Below are positions 17,523 to 30,164 of a stretch of 64,000 bases of DNA, piece after piece; position 1 is the first letter of the stretch; each line of letters starts with the position of its first letter. Position numbers and translations under genes: made by a program. The stretch is taken from the NCBI RefSeq assembly GCF_009914755.1, contig NC_060948.1; one strand, 5' to 3'. Under the pieces are notes generated by a model. It saw nothing but the letters and a program-made list of their open reading frames with translations. It searched no databases and was not told where the DNA came from. The DNA is from the human T2T-CHM13v2.0 reference genome, Homo sapiens.

Positions 17523-18553
17523 GTTTGTGGTTTTATCTACTTTTCGTCTTTGATGATGGTGACATACAGATGGGTTTTTGGTGTGGGTGTCCTTTCTGTT
17601 TGTTAGTTTTCCCTCTAACAGACAGGACCCTCAGCTGCAGGTCTGTTGGAGTTTGCTAGAGGTCCACTCCAGACCCTGTTTGCCTGGGTATCAGCAGCCA
17701 TGGCTGCAGAACAGTGGTGGCAGTAGAACAGTGGATATTTGTGAACCGCAAATGCTGCTGCCTGATCGTTCCCCTGGAAGTTTTGTCTCAGAGGAGTACC
17801 CGGCCGTGTGAGGTGTCAGTCTGCCCTTACTGCGGGGTGCCCCCCAGTTAGGCTGCTCGGGGGTCAGGGACCCACTTGAGGAGGCAGTCTGCCATTCTCA
17901 GATCTCCAGCTGCGTGTTGGGAGAACCACTACTCTCTTCAAAGGTGTCAGACATGGACATTTAAGTCTGCAGAGGTTACTGCTGTCTTTTTGTTTGTCTG
18001 TGCCCTGCCCCGAGAGGTGGAGCCTACAGAGGCAGGCAGGCCTCCTTGAGCTGTGGTGGGCTCCACCCAGTTGGAGCTTCCCAGCTGCTTTGTTTACCTA
18101 ATCAAGCCTGGGCAATGGCAGGCACCCTTCCCCCAGCCTTACTGCCACCTTGCAGTTTGATCTCAGACTGCTGTGCGAGCAATCAGCAAGACTCCGTGGG
18201 TGTAGGACCCTCTGAGCCAGGTGCAGGACATAATCTCCTGGTGTGCTGTTTTTCAAGCCCGTTGGAAAAGCTCAGTATTAGGTTGAGAGTGACCCGATCT
18301 TCCAGGTGCCGTCTGACACCCCTTTCTTTGACTAGGAAAGGGAACTCCCTGACCCCTTGCACTTCCCGAGTGAGGCAATGCCTAGCCCTGCTTCAGCTCC
18401 TGCATGGGGCACTGCACCCACTGTCTGGCACTCCCTAGTGAGATGAACCCGGTACCTCAGATGGAAATGCAGAAATCACCCATCTTCTGCGTCACTCACA
18501 CTGGGAGCTGTGGACCGGAGCTGTTCTTATTCGGCCATCTTGGCTCCACCCCC
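17523..18553 (-). promoter_or_regulatory. L1 5'UTR with internal sense and antisense promoters; YY1 site near 18534-18542
   Basis: Complete 5'UTR; AAGATGGCC on the minus strand. Confidence 0.75.
18115..18438 (+). CDS. L1 antisense ORF0, open, 107 aa (C-terminally extended); expression unknown
   Basis: MAGTLPPALLPPCSLISDCCASNQQDSVGVGPSEPG matches primate ORF0; good Kozak context gcaATGG. Confidence 0.6.
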   Translation: MAGTLPPALLPPCSLISDCCASNQQDSVGVGPSEPGAGHNLLVCCFSSPLEKLSIRLRVTRSSRCRLTPLSLTRKGNSLTPCTSRVRQCLALLQLLHGALHPLSGTP

Positions 18554-18616
18554 ATATATACTTTTTTATAATATATAAATGAATACCCATCTCCATATTT
18601 AAATTACAGCTTTTTG

Positions 18617-18932
18617 TTGGGCACGGCAGATCATGCCTGTAAGTCCCAGGACTTGGCGAGTTTGGGATGGAAAGACTGCGAGAGCTCAGGAATTGGAGAG
18701 CAGCCTGCACAACATGGTAAATCCCTGTCTCTACCAAAAATACAAAAATTATATAGGCATCACAGTGCATGCCTGTGGTCCCAGCTACTGGAGACAGCGG
18801 CTGAGGTAAGAGGATTGCTTGAACCCCAGATGTTTAGGTTGCAGTGAGTCCAGATCACACCACTGCACCATAGCCTAGGCCACAGAGCAAGATCCAGTCT
18901 CAAATAAATAAATAAATAAAATAAAATAAAAT
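18617..18932 (+). mobile_element. Alu (AluJ-like) with (TAAA)n tail
   Basis: Diverged dimeric Alu. Confidence 0.85.
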
Positions 18933-19018
18933 ATATTACATCTTTATATGTGTGCCTAGTTCTGTTTAGTAAAATTATTATAAATAATAATAATATATAC
19001 AATATACTTACATATCAC

Positions 19019-19374
19019 TGTATTAGTTCATTTTCAGACTGTTTTAAAGAACTACTGGAGACTGGGTAATTTTTAAAGAAAAGAGGTTTAATAACTTAGA
19101 GTGCTGCAGGGCCTGGGAGGCCTCACGGAACTTATAATCATGGCGGAAGGGGAAGCGGAAGCAAGGCACATCTTCTCATGGCAGCAGGAGGGAGAGGGAG
19201 CAAGGAAGTGCCACATTTTTAAACCATTAGATCTCGTGAGAACTCACTATCTTGAGAACAGCAAGGGAAAAATCCCCTAGGATCCAATCACCTCCCATCA
19301 GGCACCTCCCTGGACATGTGGGGATTACACTTCACAGTGAGGTTTTAGTGGGAACGCAGAGCCAAATGCCATCA
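19019..19374 (-). mobile_element. MaLR LTR (MSTA/THE1-like)
   Basis: 'tgtattagttcattttc...gagactgggtaattt...gtgagaactcactatc...agagccaaa'. Confidence 0.85.
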
Positions 19375-19494
19375 ATAATATGTAATTACATTTATTTATA
19401 CATGTACACTGATATATTTATATATAGACTTGTATATATGTAAACATACATTTATGTATTTATTTACAAACTTGTATACATATAAATTGATATA

Positions 19495-19855
19495 CAGATG
19501 GTCTTTCACTTGAGATGGTCCCATTTACAACTGCTGGACTTAATGGTGGTGTGAGAATAGCATGCATGCAGTAGAAAGTGCTGTTTTCCCCTCTTGCCAG
19601 GCTACAGGGAGCCAGTTCCCACTCAGCCTTGCAATCACAAAGGTTCATAGGCAAAACTCTACAGTGTTCTGTGTTGCTAGAGGAGTTTGCTCCATGATAG
19701 GTTATACAAGTGCTTTGAGCATATTTAAGGTATGCTAGGCAAAGCTATGATGTTTAGTAGGTTAGGTGTATTCAATGCATTTTCAAATTTTGGTATTTTC
19801 AACTTGCTATGGGTTTATTGGGACATAACCCCATCATAAGTTAAGGAGCGTTTGT
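19495..19855. mobile_element. MER82-like Tigger MITE
   Basis: TA-flanked inverted ends 'cagatggtctttcactt' and 'aagttaaggagcgtttg'. Confidence 0.7.
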
Positions 19856-20038
19856 ACATAAACTTGTGTTTGTGTGTGTGAGTGTGTGTGTGTGTGTGTG
19901 TGTGTATATACACCTACACATATATATGTATATGGTACATATCTATAACTTGGATCTATGCATATTTCATATGTTTTTGAATATTTAATATATACATTTT
20001 AAACCAATACATACATTTATATGAACATTTAACATATA

Positions 20039-20487
20039 CAGTTAGCCGTTGAGCAACATGGGAGGTAAGGAACAAACCTCCATCCGACTCTCATGTATAG
20101 TTGAAAATCCATGTATAATTTTTACTCCCGCAAAACTGAAGTATTAATAGTATACTGTAGATTGGCTATTACCAATGATATGAATGGTCAATTAACACAC
20201 ATTTTGTACATTATATGTACTATATACTGTATTTTTACAATAACGTAAGATATAGAAAATAAAATGTCATTAAGAATATTCCAAGAAAGAGAAAATACAT
20301 TTATTATTCACAAAGTGGAAGTGGATCATCTTGAAGGCCTTCAGCCCCATTGTCTTCACCTGGAGTGGACTGAGGAGGAAGAAGGGAAAGGGTTGGTCTT
20401 GCTATCTCAATGGTGGCAGAGGTGGAAGGAAATCCACATATTAGTGACTCACACAGTTCAAACCCATGTTGTTCAAGGGGCAGCTGT
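20039..20487. mobile_element. Tigger2a (MER28)
   Basis: TIRs 'cagttagccgttgagcaacatggg' and 'cccatgttgttcaaggggcagctg', TA flanks. Confidence 0.85.
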
Positions 20488-20713
20488 ATATGCATATACA
20501 CACATACATACACATTTATATTTAAATTATATCATTATATATGTAGCTACTTGTGTTCAGTAAAATTAATTTTGTTACACTCTTGAATATTTTTTGTTAT
20601 TTACATTTCTTCCATATGTTTCATGATTTCAAGACACAAAAAAATAGACACAATATTCTGACTGAATAATTATGTTATGGGCATCCAGGTAGTTCTGTTT
20701 AGACAGTTGCTAA

Positions 20714-21913
20714 ACCACCAGCTACACAGACACATTTTATAGAATTGCCATATAAAAGGAGATACACTAGATTATTTTTATGTCATTAATTGATATACAA
20801 CATGGGCATTTTTACCCAAGGGCTTCCTCTGTCATAGGATGTTTACTCAATTTATGTGAACAAATTCCAATTTGCAGTGGTGTGCCCTAAAAGCCAAAAA
20901 GAATGCAGTGAATTTTAAATCTAGTGTGTTTGATGTTCTAAATTTGGAAAATATTTTAAAAATGTTCATTGTTACAGCAATTCTTACATGTGTGTATATA
21001 TGTGTGTGTGTGTCTGTGTGTGTGTATAAAATAAATGCCATATATATACATATACATTTATATATTCGTTGCATTTGTGCTTTTTATTAAATATAATGAT
21101 TATTGGTAAATTTGAAGCTTGTTTGATGGCAGTCCCCTCCCTATAGCTGCCAAGGTGATGGTGGATTGTTGCTTTCAACAAATTTCACTTGGTAAACTTC
21201 AACTTTACCAATAATAATTTTATTTAATGAAAAAAAGTAATGTAAATGTAATATTTTAAAAATTCATCTCTAATCTCTGTTTTTTTCCAAGGGTCAACTG
21301 TACATGTTAAATGCTTATTAAAATGTATATATTGTTCAAAGGTATATATAAATGTGTATGACATTTGTTTTATTATATATACACAAATCTATATACATAC
21401 ATTTACACATACATACTGATTATTCTAACAGTGCATATGTACATATTGATATAATATGTATATATAAATGTATATGACATTTTTCTTTATGTATATACAC
21501 ATATAAGCATACCTATATGTAACATGCTGATTTACTATAACAGAGCACATGTATATGTTGATATAAAATATATATAAATGTATAGGACATTAGTTTTACA
21601 CATATATACACACATACACATACACAACACACACATGCTAATTATAACAGTGCACATCTTTTAAATGTTTTCCAAATTAAGAACATCAAGCACACTATAT
21701 TTAAAATTCACTCTATTCTATTTGCCTTCTCGGGCATTCCTTTGCAAATTGAAACTTGTTCACATACACTGTGTAAACATCTTGTGAGAGAGAAAACCAC
21801 TGGTGACAAATGCTGAAGTTGTGTATCAATCAATTATATTCTCATAATGTCTTCCAAAGTACATTTTTATATTGTCAGTAAAAATATATGTATCACTAAA
21901 CTACAGCTGGTGA
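20714..21913. repeat. Long imperfect palindrome (fold-back) with internal tandem triplication
   Basis: 20785-20975 is the reverse complement of 21645-21835; 21084-21120 pairs with 21194-21230. Confidence 0.85.
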
Positions 21914-22239
21914 ATATTTTTTAAATTTACTTTAGAAGTACATTATTATATACATCTTTTTGTAATTATTTTATTGCCCTTTTAGATAGAGCCAATTTGT
22001 ATAACTGTAATATACCTGGTATGCATACACTATGAGCTATTAATTCTTAATTACTCCCTTTTCCTTGATCTAAGTCATTTCCACTTTTCCTCTTCTACAA
22101 ACAATATGGCAAGAAACAAAATTATTAATGCCTCTTTGTGTACATATGTGAGCATTTATTTGGCGGTATTTTGTTAATGCTCTTTATAAATATTAAGCTT
22201 ATTTGCCTCAACAAAAGTCTAGTTGCCTTAATTCATAAA

Positions 22240-22335
22240 ATGAAAATCTAAAGCCTAGTTACTAAATTGCTCAAATCACACACCTAGCAGGAAAAAAGCT
22301 GAGATCAAATCCAGCCTGTCTGTCCCAAAAACCCC
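22240..22335 (-). mobile_element. MIR fragment
   Basis: 'aattgctcaaatcacacacctagcagg...gagatcaaatccagcctgtctgtcccaaa' MIR core. Confidence 0.55.
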
Positions 22336-23199
22336 AATAATTAAACATGTCTTGCCTTCTTAAAGGTACTGTTGAGTAACAAATGCCATTGCAGACTTTC
22401 CATTTCATTAGACAATACCAAATGGCTTTTCCAAAATTGGGTACAAATTCCCTTTTGCTACAATTCTGCAACAATGAATACAGCAGACATTTGAATTTTT
22501 GCTAAGCTAATGGCTGGGAAATTCCCTTTCTTTGTTTAAATTTTTCATGGCTTTGATTTCTGGTGGATTGGAATTTAATGAACTATGTTTATTGAATGAT
22601 CTGTCAGATTTTCCACATTAGGGGAATTAGGCTTGTCTTGTTTTGTTTGTTTGTTTGTTTCTTTGTTTTAAGACCCAGAGACTGGAGTTCCTGTCACCCA
22701 CCCTAATTTAGTATTATTTTTTTAGTTGAATGGGTCGAAATGAAATTTGACAATGATACATATTTACTTTTATTTTCTAATTATTAAAAGTGGCTCTTGC
22801 AACAGGCATTCCCAGAGGAAATGGGAAAGCTTTGTGGAAATATGAGAACAAGGCTGTGAAAATCTGATTTTGCTTCATTGAAAGCTGACACGAGATAGAT
22901 AGTACCTACTTTTAAATTTAATTTTCCTCATACTTGTCAGTAAAAAATGTTTCTTATGCTTGAAAAGTTCCTTGCCAGAATATGTCATCTGTGAAGGTGC
23001 AAAACTCATTATAAAATGGATGGCTCAGCATTATACTTGTATAATCATGTCACCCCAGCAAAAGCTTTAAAGCCGTGAGAAATGCTATTTTACTTGCCCA
23101 CTATAAAACTTGAATGGCATAAATTGAAACCATTTATATGTATACAGACACACACATACACACACACACACACACACACAAATATATAAGACTTCTATT

Positions 23200-23513
23200 C
23201 ATTTTAATTTAATTTTATTTTATTAATTAATTTTGAGACAGCCTGTTGTCCAGGCTGGAATGCAGTGGAATGATCCCTGCTCAGTGCAGCCTCTGCCGCC
23301 CAGGTTCAATTGATTCTTCTGCTTCAGCTGGGAGTAGATGGGATTACAGGAACCCACCATCATGCCCAGCTAACTTTTGTATTTTTAGTAAAGATGGTTT
23401 TTTTTTTTTTCATGTTAGCCAGGATGGTTGGTGTCAGACTCCTGGCCTCAAGTGATTCGCCTGCTTCAGACTCCCAAAGTGCTGTGATTACAGGCACGAG
23501 CCACCGCGCCCAG
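23200..23513 (-). mobile_element. Alu (AluS/J)
   Basis: Dimeric Alu ending 'ccaccgcgcccagc'; (CA)n upstream at 23149-23180. Confidence 0.9.
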
Positions 23514-23619
23514 CTTCTACTTGTTTTAAAACACCTCATTTGCTCATTTTATACCTGAGATATAAATTTTATCAAGGACTGCTTTTTTTGTAAGCAGTCC
23601 TAGACAGTCGTAGATAGCA

Positions 23620-24200
23620 TTTGTATTTATATTAAAAATAATATATGTATGTAATATAAATAAATTTATATTTATAATATATAATATAATATATAAATAT
23701 AATTATGTTATTTAATATATAATATAGTATATTTATAGTATATATAATAATTTACTATAAGTATATTTATAGTATATATTATATTTTTATTATATAAATA
23801 TGTTTCATATGATAGATAATATGAGTATTGTATTTATATTCTCCATTTATAGAGAATATAAATATTATCTATTATTTATATAATAGAAATATAATTATAG
23901 TAATAGATGTTTATATTATAGAGACCATATAATTACCGTTCAAGGAACTGAGACTACAGGGGTGAACTACCAAGCCTGGTTAATTAAAATTATTGTTATT
24001 ATTTATATCTATACATAAATAATATAAATATAATAGATATACATAAAAATAGAACTATATTTATAAATAATATAAATATATTCATATTTATATTAGCTAT
24101 ATTTATAGATAATATGTATACACACATCAATAATTAAGAAAATAATTATTTTAGTAATATACTAATACTATAAAAGTAATAGTCTTGCAAATAATTGCTT
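23620..24200. repeat. AT-rich low-complexity tract containing a ~45-bp Alu fragment (23945-23985)
   Basis: Nearly pure A/T; 'ctgagactacaggggtgaactaccaagcctggttaatt' in the middle. Confidence 0.75.
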
Positions 24201-24306
24201 ATGTATTTGGAACCTTATTTAATCTTCTTAGCTTTCATTTGAAAACATGTTTGTCTGTGTCCTGTGAGCGTGTTTTCCTATTCTATTTTTATGTACAGAT
24301 CAACTC

Positions 24307-24692
24307 TGTCTCAGTCTGCTTTGCATTGCTATAAAGAAATACCTGAGCCTGGGTAATTTACCAATTTATAAAGCCTGGTGTTTACCTGAGTCACGATTTT
24401 TCAGGCTGTATAAGAAGACTTTTCTTCTTGTAAACACCTCAGGATGCTTCCAGTAATGGCAAATGTGAAAGGTAAATGGAGAGTCATATGCAAGGGAGGA
24501 AAAGACAGAGGAAGAGGGGTGCCATGCTCAGATGAACTATACAGTAGGGACTCACTCCTTCCAAAGGGCACCAAGTCATTCATGAGGAATCCACCCCCAT
24601 GACTCAAACACCTCTCGCCAGGCCCCACATACAACGTGGGGATAAAATTTCAATATGAGTTATGGCGGATCCAATATCCAAACTCTACCGAT
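24307..24692 (-). mobile_element. MaLR LTR (MSTB/MSTC-like)
   Basis: 'tgtctcagtctgctttgcattgctataaagaaatacctgag...ggccccacatacaac...atccaaact'. Confidence 0.8.
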
Positions 24693-25032
24693 GCCTAACT
24701 CAGTCTTGTAGAAGAGCAATTGTTTTATTATGCTAAAGATTTTGTGCTTTAGGGATTCTGAAAGGGTTCGTTGTATATGGCTGTCTTTGCCTGTGGTGTT
24801 TGGAGTTTACAAAGTCGGGGAGGCACTCTGTGGCTGAGGAATAGAATGAAGTGAAGGTTTCATCACTCCTATGTGTGTGGATGGATGCTGGCTCAGTAAG
24901 AGCTCTCAGATGAAATGTACAAAGCACCTCCCCGAAGTGGCTTAGGCTTCATTTACAATCCAGCCTCAGAATGTACATAGTGTCACTTCCTCTGTTTTCA
25001 CAGCCTTGCTCAGATTCCAGAGGAGAGAGCGT

Positions 25033-25384
25033 CTTTTTATTTATTTATGTATTTATTTATTTACTTATTTATTCAATTAATTTATTTTTGAGACATGGTC
25101 TTGCTCTGTCTCCTAGACTGGAGTGCAGTGGTTCTATCATGGCTCACTGCAGACTCAACTTCCTGGACTGAAGTGATCCTCCTGCCTGAGCCTCCCAAGT
25201 AACTGGGACTACAGAGGTGAACTGCCATGCATGGTTATATTTTAAAATAATAATAGTTATTATTATTACATTGTAGAAAAAGGGTCTCACTATGTTGCTG
25301 GTCTCCAATTCCCGGCCTCAACAATCCTCCCACCCTGGCCTCCAAAATGCTATTATTTCAGGCTTGAGCACACACACCTGCCAG
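25033..25384 (-). mobile_element. Alu (AluJ)
   Basis: (TTTA)n tail plus diverged dimer. Confidence 0.85.
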
Positions 25385-25942
25385 GAGAATCTTTTGTCTG
25401 AGAAGAATCTTAAAGCTTTAAAGTTGCTCTATATGAAGGGTCTGTGGAATGGAAGAAATGCTCTGAACACCTTTGGTAAATAAAATTGATCACAAGGAAT
25501 ATGTTTGTGAAGTTTTGAAAAATGAGTTTATTTGAGACATGCATGTGATTCTAACATTCTGATTTCTTTCAGCTCCACTTGCAAATTTTTCTGTTCAGAA
25601 TAAAAGTAGGTAATGATAGATAATCTATAACACTATAAAATAGTGGTAATTTTTCCCATCATGATGTTAAAATTTCCTCAAGTAAAGGATAGTTTCATCA
25701 AAATAATGGCCCTATCATTTATTCTGTATTATTACATAGCCCTTAGTTGAAACTTACATGGAAGAAATTTCTCCATTCCAATCACATTCTTGTCCTAGCA
25801 GGCTACTGAAAACCTTTGTTTCAAACTGAGAAATCAATCTTAAAAATATATATAAAATAAGCATAAAATGTTAAACCAGAAAAAATGACCAACGGCTTTT
25901 TCTTAATGAAAAATTAAGAAAACTTAGGCAATAAACACTGAT

Positions 25943-26240
25943 GTTTGTTTTTGAGATAAGATTTCACTCTATGACCCAGGCTGGAGTGCAAATGGGATGA
26001 TTATGGTTCACTACAGCCTTTTTCTTTGGAGATCAGCAATCATCACACTTCAGCCTCCCAAACAGCTAGAACCACAGGCATGTGCCACCACACCCAGCTA
26101 ATTTTCAAAAATAAATTATTTTTAGAGATGAAGTGTCACTATGTTGTCTAGGCTGTTCTCAAATGCCTGGCCGCAAGCGACCCTCCCACCTTGATTTTCT
26201 AAATTGTTGGGATTACAGGTGTGACCCAACATGCTTGACC
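25943..26240 (-). mobile_element. Alu (AluJ)
   Basis: Diverged dimer. Confidence 0.85.
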
Positions 26241-27004
26241 AAAACTAATTTTAATATTATCACCCTGCTTTTTTTTTTTTTTTTTTTTTTTTTTCTGTAG
26301 GAAACTTTTGCCTAACCTAGAAATAGCATCAACATTTCTTAAAAAAAAAAAAATCAAGCTATATCCTTGTCAATATGGGCAGATATACACTAATGATCTA
26401 GACCAAGAGGTCACTTATTAAAGAATATCCTATTATTGGGAAAAAAGAAACTTTAAGGTAACATGGATAAGAATCCCATTCGGAAACACATTTTGAAGTT
26501 TGATGGTATTTAAGCGCACGATTAACCACATTATACATAGCGGAAGCCAAAGTTCCTAGTATGGAAAGAATGGAGATACAAGTATGTCCCATTATAATGA
26601 GGAAAGGCCCAAGACAAGGAAACAGTGTGCAAGGTACAAGAAAAGTGTGATTTTTCACACCCATCAGATGCTGACATTCTTGGAGTGATACAGAGAACAG
26701 GAAAAGCACATGATGGATTAGGCTAAATCCATTTTCTCCTTTCTAGCCTTAATTATTTTTGCTAAAATCAAACTCTGTGATGTCAGTCTCTCCTAATTCT
26801 ACCTGGGAAATGCTGTTCATGCATTTAGCACCCAGTTAAGGGACAATGTGGTGGTTGGGGATGTTGCCCAAGGTTGGCACCCAGATATCAAAATCCATAT
26901 TGTACCTGGATTCCTGGTTGATGTTTTAACATTTCTTCTCACTTTAGTGTCCTCATCTATAGATCAACCCAGCCAAATTTCTCCTCCATCAGCTTGCTGT
27001 GGTA

Positions 27005-27196
27005 ATTTTTTTTTTAAAAAAATATTTATTTATTTATTTTATTTTTAGAGACAATTTCTCATTCTGTTGCCCAGGATGGATTGTAGTGTCCCAGATTTCA
27101 CTGCAGCCTTGACATCCTGGGCTCAAGAAATCCTCCCATGTCAACACCCCCAGAGTAGCTGAGTCTACAGACATACACCGTCATGCACGGCTAATT

Positions 27197-27227
<31 letters not shown>

Positions 27228-27339
27228 CAGGTGTTTGTTATGTTGCCCAGGAGGGTCTCAGATTCTTGGCCTCAAATGATCCCGCCTCCTTTCTCTACCA
27301 AAGCAGTGGGATTACAGACATAAGCCACTGCATCTGGCC
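27005..27339 (-). mobile_element. Alu (AluJ) with (TG)n replacing the middle linker, probably inserted in a MIR
   Basis: Alu dimer; (TG)n at 27197-27222; MIR-like flanks at 26830-26960 and 27345-27425. Confidence 0.8.
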
Positions 27340-28332
27340 AGTTTATAGTGATGATTAATCTCCTAACTGATGCCTTAAACTGCCTGACACATAGTAAACC
27401 TTCCGGTCATGTTGCTTATTATTACTCCTATAATTATTTGTATTGTTATTTATGCCATTAATTTTTCTTTTACTTGAAGTCTTTCTCTTCAATTACAAAA
27501 TAAATGTCATTTCATGTTAAAGAATTTCAAAGCATTGTCGATATGACATATGATTTTCTCAGTGGGTATCAAAGAAATAATACATACTTATATAATCATA
27601 TTTAACAATCTATTACTATAAAATAGTTGTTTCAGAATTCTGAAAAAGTTATCTTTAACTAGAGGAAAATTTTAGAGAAATGGTGAAATTAAGTTGGGCT
27701 GTATAAAAGAAAATTAATATGTTTTTAGTAAACTAATATAAAAATTCCAACTGACAATGTTTAAAATACTAAATGAATGTTGCATATAACTATAACACCT
27801 AAAACATACATAACATGTTTAATGGTGATTGTAAAATGTTATGATTTTCCAAGTGATTGGCATTAAAATGTTTCACCGTTAAAGTCATTCATTTATGTAG
27901 CCCTCATATTCAGGGATTGAAAATAATTAGCTACAATGCAAAAACGTGAATCAATTTTATTTTCTTTCATTAAATTTAGGTAGAACAGGAGACAGGACTG
28001 TTGTTATTAATGAGAATACTACTACTGAACTGGTACAATTGTAGACAAAAAGCCCAGGGAATTTGTGGTATTGCTAGCTTCAGGAAAATTTTTAAACATC
28101 ATTTAGGACTGTTAAGTCCATATGTAAAATGCTATACCTCTTCTTTCAAACCATCACAAAAAGTACACCATGAAGTCTAATGTTGAAGGCAAGTACATTT
28201 GGGATAGGTGTGTTCTCGGTGTGCTATTTGAAATACAAGTAACATCAATGTTAGCAGAAGCAGTAACCTTTCATTTCTTTGTTGTTCAATTCTACCACTA
28301 TCACTCTTTTTTGCGTCACTACACATGGAGGG

Positions 28333-28846
28333 TGTATTAGTTCATTCTTATGCTGCTATAACGAGATGCCTGAGACTGGGTAATTTATAACGGAAAGGTT
28401 TAATTCACTCACTATTCTGCATGGATGGAGAGGCCTCAGGAAACTTACAGTACTGGTGGAAGGCAAAGGAGAAGCAAATACCTTCTTCACAAAGTGTCAG
28501 GCTGAGGCAGGAGAATTGCTTGAACCCAGGAGGTGGAGGTTGCAGTGAGCCAAGATCATGCCACTGCACTCCAACATGAGCAACACAGTGATACGCCATC
28601 TCAAAAATAAATACATACATACATACATACATACATACATACATACATACATAATAAGGAGGAACTGTCAAACACTTATAAAGCCATCAGATCTCCAGAG
28701 AACTCACTCACATCATGAGAATGGCATGGGGGAGCCTCCACCATGATACAATCACCTCCCACCAGTCCTTTCCTCAACATATGGGGATTATGAGAATTAC
28801 AATCCCAGATGAGATTTGGGTGAGGACACAGAGCCAAACCATATCA
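28333..28846 (-). mobile_element. MaLR LTR (MSTA/THE1-like) interrupted by an Alu right arm
   Basis: 'tgtattagttcattc...gagactgggtaatttata' through 'acacagagccaaaccatatca'. Confidence 0.85.
28500..28656 (+). mobile_element. 5'-truncated Alu (right monomer) with (TACA)n tail
   Basis: 'ggctgaggcaggagaattgcttgaacccagg...'. Confidence 0.85.
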
Positions 28847-29142
28847 AAGAATTAACTATGAGCAATGATGACCCTGATAGCTCATTATTATTTAAAAAAA
28901 GAAAACACAAAACTGATGCTTCTCTATACTTACTCCAGGACAATACAATTGTTTCACCTCCAGAGTTACAAGGCTATTTAATATGCATATATTCACATAT
29001 TTAATCATTTTTTTCACTTATGTGCATGCATAATGATGGGCACACACAGAGAGATAAATCTACCTTCATTTCTCATGCTACAAGTTCAAATCTGTATGAG
29101 AACTTTGATGCTATGTTTTTATGACATGAGTATTTGCTAATT

Positions 29143-29144
<2 letters not shown>

Positions 29145-29187
<43 letters not shown>
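29145..29187. repeat. (TG)n microsatellite
   Basis: About 21 perfect units. Confidence 0.95.
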
Positions 29188-29189
<2 letters not shown>

Positions 29190-30164
29190 TTATACATATG
29201 TGTGTTTTCCTGTGTCTTTTGGTGTGTTTCTTGTTATTCTTCTACTTTTTAAATTCCAGCTTGTTCCAACATTATTCTCTTGAATCTAATGTGTCTGAGG
29301 TCCCTCTACAATCTGAAGTTAGAAATGGATATGCCCGCCTTAGGATAGTGAGATTTATTCAAGATTTCCAAATTGCATAGCCAATGGGAAAAAGAAAAAT
29401 ACAATGACTCTTTTGCTGCTTGCCAACTTGACCTTCACAGAATTGAAGACTGCCTTCTTGGAAGCATTTCCTTTTCCATATGAAAAAGCTCTGCATTTCT
29501 CCCCAATTTCACAATAATTAAATAAACCTAGGCATCTTCTAGGTCTATAAGGCACTTTGGGCAAAAGTTCCTAAGAAAGGGATTGTGCAATTGCTTCCCA
29601 GAAGCCCTCGTCTAGGCAGAATAAATCAGCCAGCGCTCCTGTGATGAAAGAAACACAGAACAGAGAAGAATGTGGGGTTTGATAATGTTAGTGCTAAGAA
29701 TACCTCAAAACATTTAAATACAAATTCAGACCCCCAGAAAATGGTATCTTTCCCCTCCAGGAACCCCAAAGTAGTCTGATTCACCTCCTTTACTAAATCT
29801 AGTTCCATAAACTTGACCCCTTTAGCATCATCCAAAACATCTCCTAGTACTTCAATGTCTTAACCAGAAGGTATACAACTAATAGAATCGTAAAAATTAC
29901 AAGGGTCCAACCCAACAGTAATGAGGCTGGTATTCAGGAAATCACACTAAAGAATGCTTGATGGACTTGCTGGAATTTGTCAGGGAAACATTAACTATTG
30001 GAAGAATAATAAACCTTCCCAAACTTAGCTGTGCTGGGGGGAATTGTTTTTATTATCCAGGAAAGCCAACAAATGTGGACATTATCTCTACCATCTAAGG
30101 CCACTCACTACACAAATATCCTGGAAAAACGTAGTACAGAACAAAAGCTCTTTCTTTATATTTT

